DNA from: Thermofilum adornatum
Lineage (GTDB): Archaea; Thermoproteota; Thermoprotei; Thermofilales; Thermofilaceae
Assembly: GCF_000446015.1 (NCBI RefSeq)
Contig: NC_022093.1
Coordinates: 1,380,001-1,412,000, forward strand
Direction of reading: 5' to 3'
DNA: 32,000 nt
This document shows positions 1 through 9,099 of the stretch, one piece after another (position 1 is the first letter of the stretch; every line of letters starts with the position of its first letter). Below the pieces are notes generated by a model. It searched no databases. It worked only from the letters and a program-made list of their open reading frames with translations, and was not told where the DNA came from. Position numbers and translations under genes: made by a program.

Positions 1-175
1 CCCATCGCTGACCCAGCAAAGATAAATTTCACAGACAAAATCCAGTACGCCACCAGACACGAACTAAAGAACAAGCTGAGGAATCTCTAGGGCGGAATTT
101 TTAAGACCATCATTTCCTCGAATCCTCGAAAAATTAACAGTCGCAAGGTAAGATTATTTGCTCTAAATAAAGTCC

Positions 176-409
176 TCAAGAAATATCTTCATCTTTTTTC
201 CTCTCCTCTAATAGTTCTCGGTAAGCCTCCTCAAAGCCAGCAACAGGTTTACAAGCCTCTTCGAGAAGCTCAGGCCTTCTTTTCTTTATCAACAAATACC
301 TAATAGCCTCGTTCAAATCAACCCTCCTTCCCAGCTTAAGCTGCAGCTCAGAAGCTATTCTTAACAAAGCTTCTTTGACATCTTCCGTTACAGATATTGT
401 TGTTGTCAT
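176..409 (-). CDS. Small ribbon-helix-helix / VapB-like antitoxin-family protein (77 aa), apparently orphan
   Basis: The ORF track gives 77 aa. The N-terminal 'ISVTEDVKEALLRIASE' followed by 'LNEAIRYLL' fits the strand-helix-helix pattern of short archaeal RHH antitoxin-like proteins, and the tail is acidic. There is no toxin-sized ORF downstream on the minus strand, because a + strand open frame ends at 90. Confidence 0.5.
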   Translation of the reverse strand: MTTTISVTEDVKEALLRIASELQLKLGRRVDLNEAIRYLLIKKRRPELLEEACKPVAGFEEAYRELLEERKKDEDIS

Positions 410-790
410 ATCTACTATAGTTGTTATAGTAAATATATCAAATTTTCTGAGACTGAAATTCCAAAAAATTTGATGTTTCCTAGAATTTTCCTCTTCTAGT
501 TTTCAACACTAATTCCCAGAGAGTAAACTAACAGTAGTAAAGCGTGAGGCAACTTGCCCTCAAGAGCAGTTTCAATTTGCATTCCATCTCACCTTATTTA
601 AAATAAGCTAAATAGTAATGCTTTCGGGGACTTTAGGGAAAAATCTATTCACTTTTGTGTGCCTCATGTCTTGGTCTGGCTAGCAAGGAAATTTTTCAAA
701 TGTCTCTTGCACTTAATATTTTAATTGAAAACTAGTTACCCTAATCGAATTACTTATCTATGAGCTTATGTTTTTATCGGCAAGGTATCT

Positions 791-1141
791 ATGGAGAGCT
801 GTCCCAGGCGGCGACGGTGGAGACGCTCGGTGTGGAGAAAAGAAGCCACCACTAGTTCTGGAAACTTGGAGGAAATATTCTTTATACCGACTAGTGCGCC
901 GGCAAGCATATTTAGACCAGAGGAAGTTGTCGAGCTATACCCCGAGGAGCTATTGGCGCTAAAGCTTGTCTATGCAGAAGACCTAGAGGTCGACGAAGCA
1001 GCGGCGAGGCTAGGCTTGTCCAAGGCGACCTTCTGGAGGATGCTCGACTCGGGCAGAAAAAAGATGGTTACAGCTATCCTGCAACTGAGACCTATAAAGA
1101 TAGTTTTCTCAGAGAAAGCATCCATGGAAAAGACAGAGTAA
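791..1141 (+). CDS. DUF134/UPF0251-family predicted DNA-binding protein (sigma-70 region-4-like HTH)
   Basis: 'FIPTSAP...VELYPEELLALKLVYAEDLEVDEAAARLGLSKATFWRMLDSGRKKMVTAILQLRPIKI' matches the DUF134 layout: a basic N-terminus, F.P motif, L..DE.EA.rL, an HTH 'mgvSr.Tf.R.l..aRkK', and G..I.I. The true start is uncertain. Confidence 0.75.
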   Translation: MESCPRRRRWRRSVWRKEATTSSGNLEEIFFIPTSAPASIFRPEEVVELYPEELLALKLVYAEDLEVDEAAARLGLSKATFWRMLDSGRKKMVTAILQLRPIKIVFSEKASMEKTE

Positions 1142-1152
1142 AGCTTAAATAT

Positions 1153-1485
1153 ATGAAACCTATTTCACTTTTGATGAAAAACATGGCATGGGGATGGTGG
1201 GGAAAAGGTAGATGGGCAAGAGGACCATGGCCAGGAAACGGGCCATTTTCATACCTGCCTCCATGGGAGAGGCCCGGCTGGGTCTACGGCCCAGGAGCAT
1301 GCTGGTGGCTTTATGGCGCGAGGGTTCCACCGCCTCCGCCTGGGGTATCCTACTATACGTATCCTGGCTTGACTGCATCAGATTTGGAGGCCTACAAGAA
1401 TTGGCTAGAGGATGCTAGAGCGAGGCTCGACGAGCAGATAAGAGAACTAGACAAGAGGATAAGGGAGCTAAAAGAAAAACAATAA
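1153..1485 (+). CDS. DUF5320-like protein: Trp/Gly/Pro-rich N-terminus plus C-terminal coiled coil
   Basis: It lies 11 nt downstream of the DUF134 gene, which is the usual pairing. The N-terminus is Gly/Pro/aromatic low-complexity, and the C-terminus 'LEAYKNWLEDARARLDEQIRELDKRIRELKEKQ' is typical of DUF5320. The start could instead be the internal 'MAWGWW'. Confidence 0.6.
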   Translation: MKPISLLMKNMAWGWWGKGRWARGPWPGNGPFSYLPPWERPGWVYGPGACWWLYGARVPPPPPGVSYYTYPGLTASDLEAYKNWLEDARARLDEQIRELDKRIRELKEKQ

Positions 1486-1491
1486 AGAAAT

Positions 1492-2121
1492 TTATTTCTC
1501 TTTTTCTATTTCTTTTATCGTCTCCTCTACCGCTATTAGTACCCCTTTTACTAGGACATCGAGGGGAAGGCTTGCAGGCAACCCCTTCTTTCTCGATGCA
1601 ATATCTATCGTATATGGGATGTGGATAAATCCAGCCCTCCTAGGATACCCAGTCCTGTCTGAAAGCCTAAGCAGCGTATACATAACATAGTTACAGAGAT
1701 AAGTACCTGCACTATACGACAGGCTTGCAGGTATACCTTCCTCCTTCAGCCTCTCGACGACCCGGCGTGTAGGTATGGAGGCTAGATATGCTGTGGGGCC
1801 CTCGGGGTCTATTGGCAAATCCTGCGGTTTTTCGCCGTCAACGTCTGGGATAGAAAAGTCCATCATGTTCAATGCGACCCTCTCCACCCTGACATGTGTA
1901 ATCCCACCGTATAGGCCGAGCGCGATGGCTATGTCTGGTCTAAGCTCGCCTACCACTTGCTCAAGTATGGCTTTTGCCCGCCTATAGGCAACAGGCAAAA
2001 CAACGTGCCGCGCCTCGTGCCCAGCCTCACGTAGCTTTTCGGCCACCCGCGTAGCTACGATTTCAGACGGATTAGTGTCTTCCTCCCCAAAGGGGCCGAA
2101 GCCTGAAAGCAGTATTTTCAC
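1492..2121 (-). CDS. pcp: Pyrrolidone-carboxylate peptidase (pyroglutamyl peptidase I)
   Basis: The full length resembles archaeal Pcp: 'MKILLSGFGPFGEEDTNPSE', 'VRVERVALN', the catalytic Cys in 'AGTYLCNYVMY', and the His in 'GFIHIPY'. Confidence 0.95.
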   Translation of the reverse strand: MKILLSGFGPFGEEDTNPSEIVATRVAEKLREAGHEARHVVLPVAYRRAKAILEQVVGELRPDIAIALGLYGGITHVRVERVALNMMDFSIPDVDGEKPQDLPIDPEGPTAYLASIPTRRVVERLKEEGIPASLSYSAGTYLCNYVMYTLLRLSDRTGYPRRAGFIHIPYTIDIASRKKGLPASLPLDVLVKGVLIAVEETIKEIEKEK

Positions 2122-2193
2122 GAGTCAAGTCTAGGTCTTCAACTACATATTCTTTGCTCCTATGAGCTTCTGCCCGGAATAATTAACCTCTAA

Positions 2194-2385
2194 CTAGGTG
2201 ATGTATTCACAAGAAGTGCACACGTCCAAGAAGAAATCGTTAAGAAGATTAAGCTCTTGACGGATGACGAAGCTATGCGGAGAAATATGGGAGAAGCGGG
2301 ACACAGGCACATAAGAAGAAACTTTGCGCGCGCCCAAGAGTGGAGCCCACCTGCTTTCAACAATCATCGGGTAGCCTTTTCTTAA
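2194..2385 (+). pseudogene. C-terminal remnant of a GT1-type glycosyltransferase (no start codon, about 63 codons)
   Basis: The frame opens right after a TAA at 2191-2193. It reads 'LGDVFTRSAHVQEEIVKKIKLLTDDEAMRRNMGEAGHRHIRRNFARAQEW...', which is the usual C-terminal tail of group-1 glycosyltransferases. No ATG, GTG or TTG and no upstream catalytic domain are present. Confidence 0.35.
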
Positions 2386-2610
2386 TGGAGATCCTTGAAG
2401 ATGGAAAGGTGATATATGCGGAACTAGAATTCATGGAGAAGGCTCTCTCGATGCTCAAGGAAGTTAGGAAAAAAATGGGATAGAAGGGGTAAGGTATGTG
2501 AGGAGAGGTTTTCACAGTGAAGCGCTCTCCGCCCCGCTGTTTAGAGCCTTTTCATAGGAGAAAAATCTACTAGTGGAATGATTTTTCCTTTGTACCGAGC
2601 GGGACGTTGA

Positions 2611-3387
2611 TCAGTCCTCGATTGTTGCCTCTTCGAATACTTTGGCTGCGAAGACCAGGAATATCACTGTTAGGACTGTTAAGAGCCCGATGTCTAGTGC
2701 TGGGTCTATGGATGAGACTCCCGTAAGCCAGTACCTCATCCCGTCCACCGCGTATGTGGCTGGGTCAAGGTAGGCGAGTATCTTCATCCAGTCTGGCATA
2801 GTGTTTATTGGGTAGAAGATTCCGCTGAGGAACAGTAGGGGCATTGTTATCAGGTTGACTATCATCTGGAAGCCCTCCATGCTTGAAAGCTTTGTTGAAA
2901 GCGCTATACCTATGGATGCAAAGCCTAGAGCCAGCATTAGACCGTATAGCACCGCGGGAACCACCCCGTACGGGTTTAGGCCCGGCGCCAGGAAAAACAT
3001 TAACGTCAATATGACTAGGCTCTGGAAAACCACGACCAGAGAGTCTCCGAGAGCCCTGCCAATGATAACTTCCTTCCTACTTGCAGGCGCTACTAGGGTT
3101 TCTTTTAGGAAGCCGAACTGCTTGTCCCATATAACTGACAAGCCGCTCATGAAGGAACCTGTAAGAATGGTCATTGCCACCATGCCCGAGGCGAGGTACG
3201 ACAAGTAGTCTAGCCCCCCGAACATCTGCCTCGCGCCGGGGAAGCTGAAGGCCCTGCTCCAGCCCATGCCGAAGAAGACAAACCAGATTATTGGCTGGAC
3301 AATCGACATCACTAGCCTTGACCTCGCGTTGACGAACCTCTTTACCTGTCTATATACCATTGTTATTAAACCCTTCATACCTACCAC
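2611..3387 (-). CDS. ABC-2 type exporter permease
   Basis: 258 aa with about six hydrophobic segments. The N-terminal 'YRQVKRFVNARSRLVMSIVQPIIWFVFFG' and overall layout are typical of the ABC-2 membrane family. It overlaps the ATPase gene by 7 nt. Confidence 0.85.
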   Translation of the reverse strand: MVGMKGLITMVYRQVKRFVNARSRLVMSIVQPIIWFVFFGMGWSRAFSFPGARQMFGGLDYLSYLASGMVAMTILTGSFMSGLSVIWDKQFGFLKETLVAPASRKEVIIGRALGDSLVVVFQSLVILTLMFFLAPGLNPYGVVPAVLYGLMLALGFASIGIALSTKLSSMEGFQMIVNLITMPLLFLSGIFYPINTMPDWMKILAYLDPATYAVDGMRYWLTGVSSIDPALDIGLLTVLTVIFLVFAAKVFEEATIED

Positions 3388-4358
3388 CTCCTATGAGGGG
3401 GCCTAAAGCCCTCCTCTAACGAGTCCCTAAGCTCCCTACCAGTCAAGTGTATAAAGACCTCGTTGAGGGTTGGACGCCTATAGGTGACCTCCCGTATCTT
3501 AAGCCCATTAGCCTCGGCAAGCTCGAAAACCTTTGGCAAAGCGGCAGACGCATTCCTTACTGAGAGCTCGAGCGTGCTATCTGCCACTACACGACAGTTC
3601 TCGATAAAGTCGGCCTGGAGACACTTCGGGGGCACGCCGTCCAGCTTCAGGTAGATAACCTCGTTGCCTACGAGGGACTTTAGCTGGTCTGCGGTACCCT
3701 CAGCTATAATCTTTCCATGATCCATGATCGCTATCCTGTCGCATAGCTGTTCAGCCTCGTCCATGTAGTGCGTTGTGAGGACAATAGTCATACCCTTTTC
3801 CTTCTTTATTGCCATAATGTAGTCCCAGATCTTTACCCTTGTCTGGGGGTCGAGGCCAATTGTGGGCTCGTCCAGGAAAAGAATATCTGGCTCGTGAAGT
3901 AGCGACCTAGCTATTTCTAGGCGGCGCCTCATGCCGCCCGAAAAGTACCTTACAAGCTTGTTGGCGTATTGTTTCAGCTCTACGAACTCTAGGAGATCGT
4001 CTATCTTCTTCTTGAGCTCTGAGCCGCTGAGCCCGTACAGCATCCCATGGATGTACATGTTGTCCCAGGCAGTAAGCTGGTTGTCAAGGCTTGGATCCTG
4101 GAAAACTATACCTATCCTTTTCCTTACCTCTGCCGCCTGCCTAACGGCATCGAAGCCAGCAACCTGGACTTTGCCCGAGGTCGGCTTGAGAAGAGTCGTC
4201 AAGATATGTATAGTCGTTGTCTTGCCTGCCCCGTTGGGGCCCAGGAGACCATATATTTCTCCCTCCTTGACCGTGAAGCTTATGCCATTGACAGCTGTCA
4301 CGTCCTTAAACTTCTTAACAAGGTTTTCAACAACTATAGCCTCCCCCATATCTATCAC
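3381..4358 (-). CDS. ABC transporter ATP-binding protein (DrrA/ABC-2 subfamily)
   Basis: Walker A 'GPNGAGKTT', signature 'FSGGMRRRLEIA', Walker B 'ILFLDEPTIGLD', H-loop 'LTTHYMDE'. The GTG start overlaps the PadR stop as GTGA; an alternative ATG lies 9 nt downstream. Confidence 0.95.
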   Translation of the reverse strand: MIDMGEAIVVENLVKKFKDVTAVNGISFTVKEGEIYGLLGPNGAGKTTTIHILTTLLKPTSGKVQVAGFDAVRQAAEVRKRIGIVFQDPSLDNQLTAWDNMYIHGMLYGLSGSELKKKIDDLLEFVELKQYANKLVRYFSGGMRRRLEIARSLLHEPDILFLDEPTIGLDPQTRVKIWDYIMAIKKEKGMTIVLTTHYMDEAEQLCDRIAIMDHGKIIAEGTADQLKSLVGNEVIYLKLDGVPPKCLQADFIENCRVVADSTLELSVRNASAALPKVFELAEANGLKIREVTYRRPTLNEVFIHLTGRELRDSLEEGFRPPHRRW

Positions 4359-4810
4359 CCCTCAATAATCCTTAAGACATTGATCTCAAACTCCGCGATC
4401 AGCTTCTTTAGCTCTGAAAGCTTTTCTTCGTCGAGGGTTTCAATAGAGTCAAGTAGCTCGTCAACAACGTGGAATAGCCTGTACCCCTTTATCTCCTGGA
4501 ACTTCTTCCAGCTCCTAGCGACCCTCAATGCTTCATCAAGTTCTGGCTTCCTCAGTTCTAGGAATTCTCTCCCCTTGTTAGTAAGCTTATATATCCTTGT
4601 GCTTGAAGGCTCGCCCTCGCGATGCTCAATCTCTATCAGGCCCTCCTTTAGGAGCTTCTTTAGTATTGGATAGAGAGCACCTGGGCTAGGCTTAAACCCA
4701 GAGCTCTTTTCTAGCTCCTTTATTATTCCATAGGCGTGTTGAGGCCCCTTCTCGAGGACTGAGAGGACTAGTAGCTTCAAATAGCCCTTGAACATCAGCT
4801 TCTTATTCAT
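4355..4810 (-). CDS. PadR-family transcriptional regulator
   Basis: 'LKLLVLSVLEKGPQHAYGIIKELEK...GALYPILKKLLKEGLIE' is the PadR winged-HTH signature. It is the first gene of the PadR-ABC-permease operon. Confidence 0.9.
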   Translation of the reverse strand: MNKKLMFKGYLKLLVLSVLEKGPQHAYGIIKELEKSSGFKPSPGALYPILKKLLKEGLIEIEHREGEPSSTRIYKLTNKGREFLELRKPELDEALRVARSWKKFQEIKGYRLFHVVDELLDSIETLDEEKLSELKKLIAEFEINVLRIIEG

Positions 4811-4964
4811 ATACCTCGTCCGCTCTATAGAAATATCTTACTAATAAAGCTTTCCATTCTCCCGACAAGCACTCCCAGAAACGGGTCAGTGCTCAGCAAA
4901 CACATCACAGCTCAGTGCTCCAAACCACACCTCATTCCCAAAAAAAGAAGCAAAAAACACTGAT

Positions 4965-5441
4965 TTATTTCTTCAGCTCCCTCAATACCTCGGACACAAT
5001 CTTGTAGTGGAAGTCCTCCTGGGAAGAAATACTCTTCAACAACACCTTCAAGAGATCCTTAGCCTCTATTTCGAGAAGAGAGGAGTAAATCTTGCTATAA
5101 ATCTCTTCACCAGCCACGAGTTCTAGAGAGTTAAACTTTTCCAGGAGCCTAGCTATTTCCTCGAGCGACAAATATTCGCGGCGAGAAACTTCCTCAACGG
5201 TCTTCTTCATTTGTAATAACATCTGGGAACCTTCCCTACCAAACATTTTTAAACATTGATCCATGTTCTCGGGTCTACCAAAGAAAGTCTCAATTATTTC
5301 AGCGTGATTTTTGCTTTCCCGACCAACTATTTCAAGGCTTTTCGCGATCCTTTTATCGTTTATTTTGGTCGCTAGGGCTAAGTAAAACTCTGAAGCAATC
5401 TTTTCTAGAAAGTATAAACATTCAGGCCTAATTTTCTCCAC
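4965..5441 (-). CDS. Hypothetical all-helical protein, possibly a ferritin/rubrerythrin-like four-helix bundle
   Basis: 158 aa, predicted helical throughout. It has 'ASEFYLALA...ESKNHAEII' and 'GEEIYSKIY...QEDFHYKI' pairs that resemble the E..Y / E..H halves of diiron bundles. The first half-site is imperfect (E is at -4 from H). Confidence 0.35.
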   Translation of the reverse strand: MEKIRPECLYFLEKIASEFYLALATKINDKRIAKSLEIVGRESKNHAEIIETFFGRPENMDQCLKMFGREGSQMLLQMKKTVEEVSRREYLSLEEIARLLEKFNSLELVAGEEIYSKIYSSLLEIEAKDLLKVLLKSISSQEDFHYKIVSEVLRELKK

Positions 5442-5627
5442 AGTGATACTAATACATGTAAAATATTTAATTTTTGCGTAGGATTCATTAAATTAATGCA
5501 TAGCGTAATGATTGCTTAAATTGTCTTAGAAAGGGGGTTTACTTTTGGGATTCTTTCCATTTTATCTAGAAAATTTCTTAGAAGTTTTTGAAGCAATATT
5601 TAAAAAGATAAAACAAATATATTTTTT

Positions 5628-6911
5628 GTGGCACAAGAAAATATAACAGAAAGATTTAGCTACGGCAAGGTATTCCTCCTGGGCTTCGGTTTCTTCGGAA
5701 TAAGTATTATATGGTCCATATACAACTCTTACGTCCCGATATTCTTAAAGGACCTCGGGCTCGCCGCGTGGCTAGTAGGCTTCATAATGACAATCGATAA
5801 CATTTTCGCAGTTGTTCTCCTCCCCTACCTTGGGGCCCTGAGCGACGTTACTAGGACCAGGATTGGCAGACGCAAGCCCTATATTCTTCTAGGAGTGCCT
5901 CCAGCTGCCCTTACATTTGCACTTATACCCTTGTTTAGGGGAGACCTCCCATTAATGATGGTAACAATAATAATCATGAACTTCTCAATGGCCCTCTTTA
6001 GGTCCCCAGTGATAGCATTCATGCCAGACATAACCCCAAGCGAGAAGCGTAGCCAGGCGAACGGGATCATCAACTTTATGGGTGGAATCGGCTCCTTATT
6101 GGCTTTCTTTGTAGGGTCTATTCTCTACAAGATGGATCCCTCTTATCCGTTCATCGCCAGCGCTGTAGTGATGCTTGCGGCATGCATCCTCGTAGTTCTG
6201 CTCGTAGACGAGCCTGAACAATTCAAGGTCAAAACAGAGACAATAAGCTTCAGCGAGCTGTTGCGAAAATCTTTCCGGGAAAGCTTCAGCGAGCTAGCAA
6301 GCAACCTCCGCGAGGCCTTTACTTCTAGGGAGAAAAGCCTCCTCTTTATGCTTACCTCTATCTTCCTATGGTTTGTAGGATACAACGCTATTGAAACCTT
6401 TTTCACTAGCTATGCAAAGTACTACCTCGGAATCGGCGAAGCTACTGGATCCTTTATACTTGGCTTCGTTGCACTGGGCTTCCTGATATTCTCACTCCCA
6501 GCAGGCTTTATCGGCGCAAGACTTGGGAGGAAGAGAACAATGACACTGGGGCTTCTAGTAATCGTAGCTCTACTTTTTGTGGCTATGAGTTTTCCATCTA
6601 AGCTAGTGGGAAACCAGCTAATCTTGGCCTTTGAAGCAGTCTTCTTCGTTATAGGGATGGCTTGGGCACTAGTCAATGTTAACAGCCTGCCAACAGTAGT
6701 TGACATGACAACACGAGAAAAACTGGGCACATATACAGGTCTCTACTATTTTGCGTCTCAGCTGGCCTCAATAATAGCTCCACCAGTGGCGGGTCTCTTC
6801 ATCGATCTTTCTGGATACTCTGTCCTCTTACCATACTCTATTACTTTCCTAGTCCTATCGGCTGTAACACTTCAGCTTGTACGGAGGGGAGAACCGAGAA
6901 GAGGCTACTAA
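5628..6911 (+). CDS. MFS transporter, GPH/SLC45-like sugar:cation symporter type
   Basis: 427 aa with about 12 TM segments. The loop 2-3 motif 'LSDVTRTRIGRRKPYILLG' (D..GRRKP) is characteristic of GPH-type MFS carriers. GTG start. Confidence 0.8.
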   Translation: MAQENITERFSYGKVFLLGFGFFGISIIWSIYNSYVPIFLKDLGLAAWLVGFIMTIDNIFAVVLLPYLGALSDVTRTRIGRRKPYILLGVPPAALTFALIPLFRGDLPLMMVTIIIMNFSMALFRSPVIAFMPDITPSEKRSQANGIINFMGGIGSLLAFFVGSILYKMDPSYPFIASAVVMLAACILVVLLVDEPEQFKVKTETISFSELLRKSFRESFSELASNLREAFTSREKSLLFMLTSIFLWFVGYNAIETFFTSYAKYYLGIGEATGSFILGFVALGFLIFSLPAGFIGARLGRKRTMTLGLLVIVALLFVAMSFPSKLVGNQLILAFEAVFFVIGMAWALVNVNSLPTVVDMTTREKLGTYTGLYYFASQLASIIAPPVAGLFIDLSGYSVLLPYSITFLVLSAVTLQLVRRGEPRRGY

Positions 6912-6984
6912 AGGTCTATTTTATAAAATTGTTTGTTTCTATCTTGTGTAGCTTTGGGGTTTCTTTCTCAGCTATGTCTGTAAT

Positions 6985-7878
6985 TCATGAAAGGTCAATG
7001 ATGTCCTTAACGAGGAGCAATGCAAATGATAGTTTTTCTCTTAGATACCCAGGCAACTCGGCCATTTCCTGTATGTATTTCTGGGTGTGTGCAAAATCAT
7101 CTAGGAGTTCGTCTCGATTTGCTTTACCCTCTAAAAAGAGCCTGACAGCCCCAGCCTGCAACCTACCCAGCCTTTCGGCAATTTCGCTTAGTCCTTGATT
7201 TTTGATGATCTCCTTGAGCATGCCTAGAGATTCATACGTGTCGCCCAGGTTTTCGAGGTTCTTAGCGACAAGCCTCATGTCTAGAAGTGAGAGTCTTTCT
7301 TCTGGCATAAGTGTCGGCTCCCTGAGTTTGCCCCTTATAAGCCTCACACTTAGAAAATACAGGCGGTCCACCCTGTCGTCCAGCTGTGACAATTCTTCTG
7401 CATTGCCTCTCTTACCTAGCAGTATGTCTACAGCCATGGAAAGCATTTCCCTTGTCACAGAGTCCATTCTCGCAATAATGGAGTGCAAATTGTAGTCTGG
7501 CTTAACAAAACACTGGAGCAAGAGCTTTCTATCGCTTTCTTCTACTAGTTCAAGTCCAAGAAGAATTCTTCGAGCATCTTCTATTCTCTCCAGTGCAGTT
7601 TTTCTGTCACATTTAGCGTCGAGCTCCACCTCTATAACTTCGTAGCCCCTTAGATAAGCTGACAAAACCTGTCTAAAGACTTCCCTATCACTGCTACAAA
7701 TTATTTTTGCGTGGCTTATCCCTGTCTGGCTTCTCGTAGGGAGCTCAATTATAAGCGCCCCGTTTTCGAGGAAGTCCAGTTTAACATAAGAGTTTTCAAG
7801 CTCATTTATTTTTACCCATTCCTTCGGCAAGGATACGTAGTAGCTTCCACCTATCTGTAGAACCCTCCGATAGCTCAT
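6985..7878 (-). CDS. AbrB/SpoVT-domain plus PhoU-domain regulator (archaeal PhoU-like phosphate-uptake regulator homologue)
   Basis: The N-terminal 'MSYRRVLQIGGSYYVSLPKEWVK' is an AbrB swapped-hairpin motif, followed by about 200 aa of helical PhoU-like repeats. The ORF track extends to a TTG at 7905, but the AT-rich box at about 7910-7920 fits the ATG at 7878 better. Confidence 0.7.
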   Translation of the reverse strand: MSYRRVLQIGGSYYVSLPKEWVKINELENSYVKLDFLENGALIIELPTRSQTGISHAKIICSSDREVFRQVLSAYLRGYEVIEVELDAKCDRKTALERIEDARRILLGLELVEESDRKLLLQCFVKPDYNLHSIIARMDSVTREMLSMAVDILLGKRGNAEELSQLDDRVDRLYFLSVRLIRGKLREPTLMPEERLSLLDMRLVAKNLENLGDTYESLGMLKEIIKNQGLSEIAERLGRLQAGAVRLFLEGKANRDELLDDFAHTQKYIQEMAELPGYLREKLSFALLLVKDIIDLS

Positions 7879-7942
7879 CACTCTATTAAACAAGTTAAAC
7901 TTCAAAAACTTTATTTATCATAGCTAATCTTTCGTATACAGG

Positions 7943-8407
7943 ATGAAGCTTCAAGAACTAAGCACAGCCTCACTCTTTGTCCTCTTGGCAGTAGCCTATC
8001 TCGTTTTCCAAATTTTTGCCCTGATAGAGGAAAACCTTCTAGCTGGCAGTCGAAGAAAAACCCAAAAGATACTTTTTACTTTCGACCCTTACAGGCAGTA
8101 TCTCATCGTTCTGCCTAGACCCGCTACGAAGCTCCAAAAAGAACTAGTAGAGTGGTCAAAAATAGCAGGCTTCGGATTGTCGATAGACGGAAGCTTCAGG
8201 AAAAAACTGAGACATAAGCTTTCAATCGCGGAGCTTTCTCCAATAATTCTCTCTCTCAAACTCTTCTTGGAGCAGAAAGGCTACATTGTCGAAGCACACA
8301 TGAAGGATCTTTTCCAAGCAACACCATTCGCCGAGGTACTCATAAAAGAAAGAACACTCAGCAAGCTTAAAAACAGGATTATATCGATGTTAACAAGCAA
8401 GGAGTAA
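7943..8407 (+). CDS. Hypothetical protein with an N-terminal TM helix
   Basis: 154 aa with 'ASLFVLLAVAYLVFQIFALI' as a TM helix and no recognisable domain. It lies 5 nt upstream of DedA, so the two are probably co-transcribed. Confidence 0.5.
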   Translation: MKLQELSTASLFVLLAVAYLVFQIFALIEENLLAGSRRKTQKILFTFDPYRQYLIVLPRPATKLQKELVEWSKIAGFGLSIDGSFRKKLRHKLSIAELSPIILSLKLFLEQKGYIVEAHMKDLFQATPFAEVLIKERTLSKLKNRIISMLTSKE

Positions 8408-8412
8408 GTTGG

Positions 8413-9099
8413 GTGTCATCCTATATGTCACTAACGATATACTTGGCAGAGCTAGCAACAACAATAATTTCGAAACTAGGACTGCCCGGAATATTCTTCC
8501 TAATGACGCTAGAGTCCGCACTCATACCAATACCAAGTGAAGCCATCATGGTCTTCGCGGGCTTCCTCGTATCCAAAGGAGAGATAAACTTCCTAGACGC
8601 AGTTCTAGCAGGCACCATGGGAAACTATGCAGGCTCGGCTATCCTATATTTCCTAGGCAAGAAATATGGCGCCCCAATGCTCCTCAGATATGGAAAGTAC
8701 ATCTTCATTTCCAAGAAACACATAGAAGAGGCCGAGAAATTTTTCCAGAAAAACGGCAAACTAGCGGTCTTCACGGGAAGAATGCTCCCAGCAGTGAGAA
8801 CCGTCATAAGTCTCCCAGCCGGCATAGCCAAGATGGACTTCAAAACATTCACAATCTACACCATTCTAGGAAGCATACCGTGGAACATGGCCCTCACATA
8901 CATAGGAATAGTTCTAGGCCAAAACTGGCACCTAATCCTACAATACTCGACCCTAATAGATTCAGCGGCAATAATTGCACTTATCGTTCTAATCGCTTAC
9001 TTCTACATATCAAAAAAGCATGAGGTAAATCTTTTTTCATCACAGAATTCTCAGCGCGCTATTTACGATAAAAGTGGTAGTGAAAGTCATGACAAGTGA
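8413..9099 (+). CDS. DedA/SNARE-associated family membrane protein
   Basis: 'FFLMTLESALIPIPSEAIMVFAGFLV', 'GKKYG', 'GRMLPAVRTVISLPAGIAKM' and 'GSIPWN' are the conserved DedA blocks. Confidence 0.85.
   Translation: MSSYMSLTIYLAELATTIISKLGLPGIFFLMTLESALIPIPSEAIMVFAGFLVSKGEINFLDAVLAGTMGNYAGSAILYFLGKKYGAPMLLRYGKYIFISKKHIEEAEKFFQKNGKLAVFTGRMLPAVRTVISLPAGIAKMDFKTFTIYTILGSIPWNMALTYIGIVLGQNWHLILQYSTLIDSAAIIALIVLIAYFYISKKHEVNLFSSQNSQRAIYDKSGSESHDK

Noticed and set aside
1-90. Open + strand frame running off the left edge ('PIADPAKINFTDKIQYATRHELKNKLRNL*')
   Set aside because: It is probably the 3' end of a gene, but 29 codons with no recognisable motif cannot be called. A minus-strand frame entering from the right edge, 31907-32000 ('...HIVKKLSFHWIKGKNTVVLSAKEVH*'), is rejected for the same reason.
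768-962. 64-aa + strand ORF overlapping the 5' part of the DUF134 gene in another frame
   Set aside because: It has no family resemblance, and the DUF134 frame explains the region.
3931-4673. 145-aa and 208-aa + strand ORFs overlapping the ABC ATPase and PadR genes
   Set aside because: They are antisense to genes with unambiguous Walker and PadR motifs, and their products are Ser/Leu-rich with no domain features.
4886-4920. Direct repeat TCAGTGCTC / GCTCAG (two copies, 26 bp apart) upstream of the PadR operon
   Set aside because: The repeat is short (9 nt) and lies upstream of the likely TATA box rather than over it. It does not resemble the inverted repeats PadR proteins usually bind. It could be chance.
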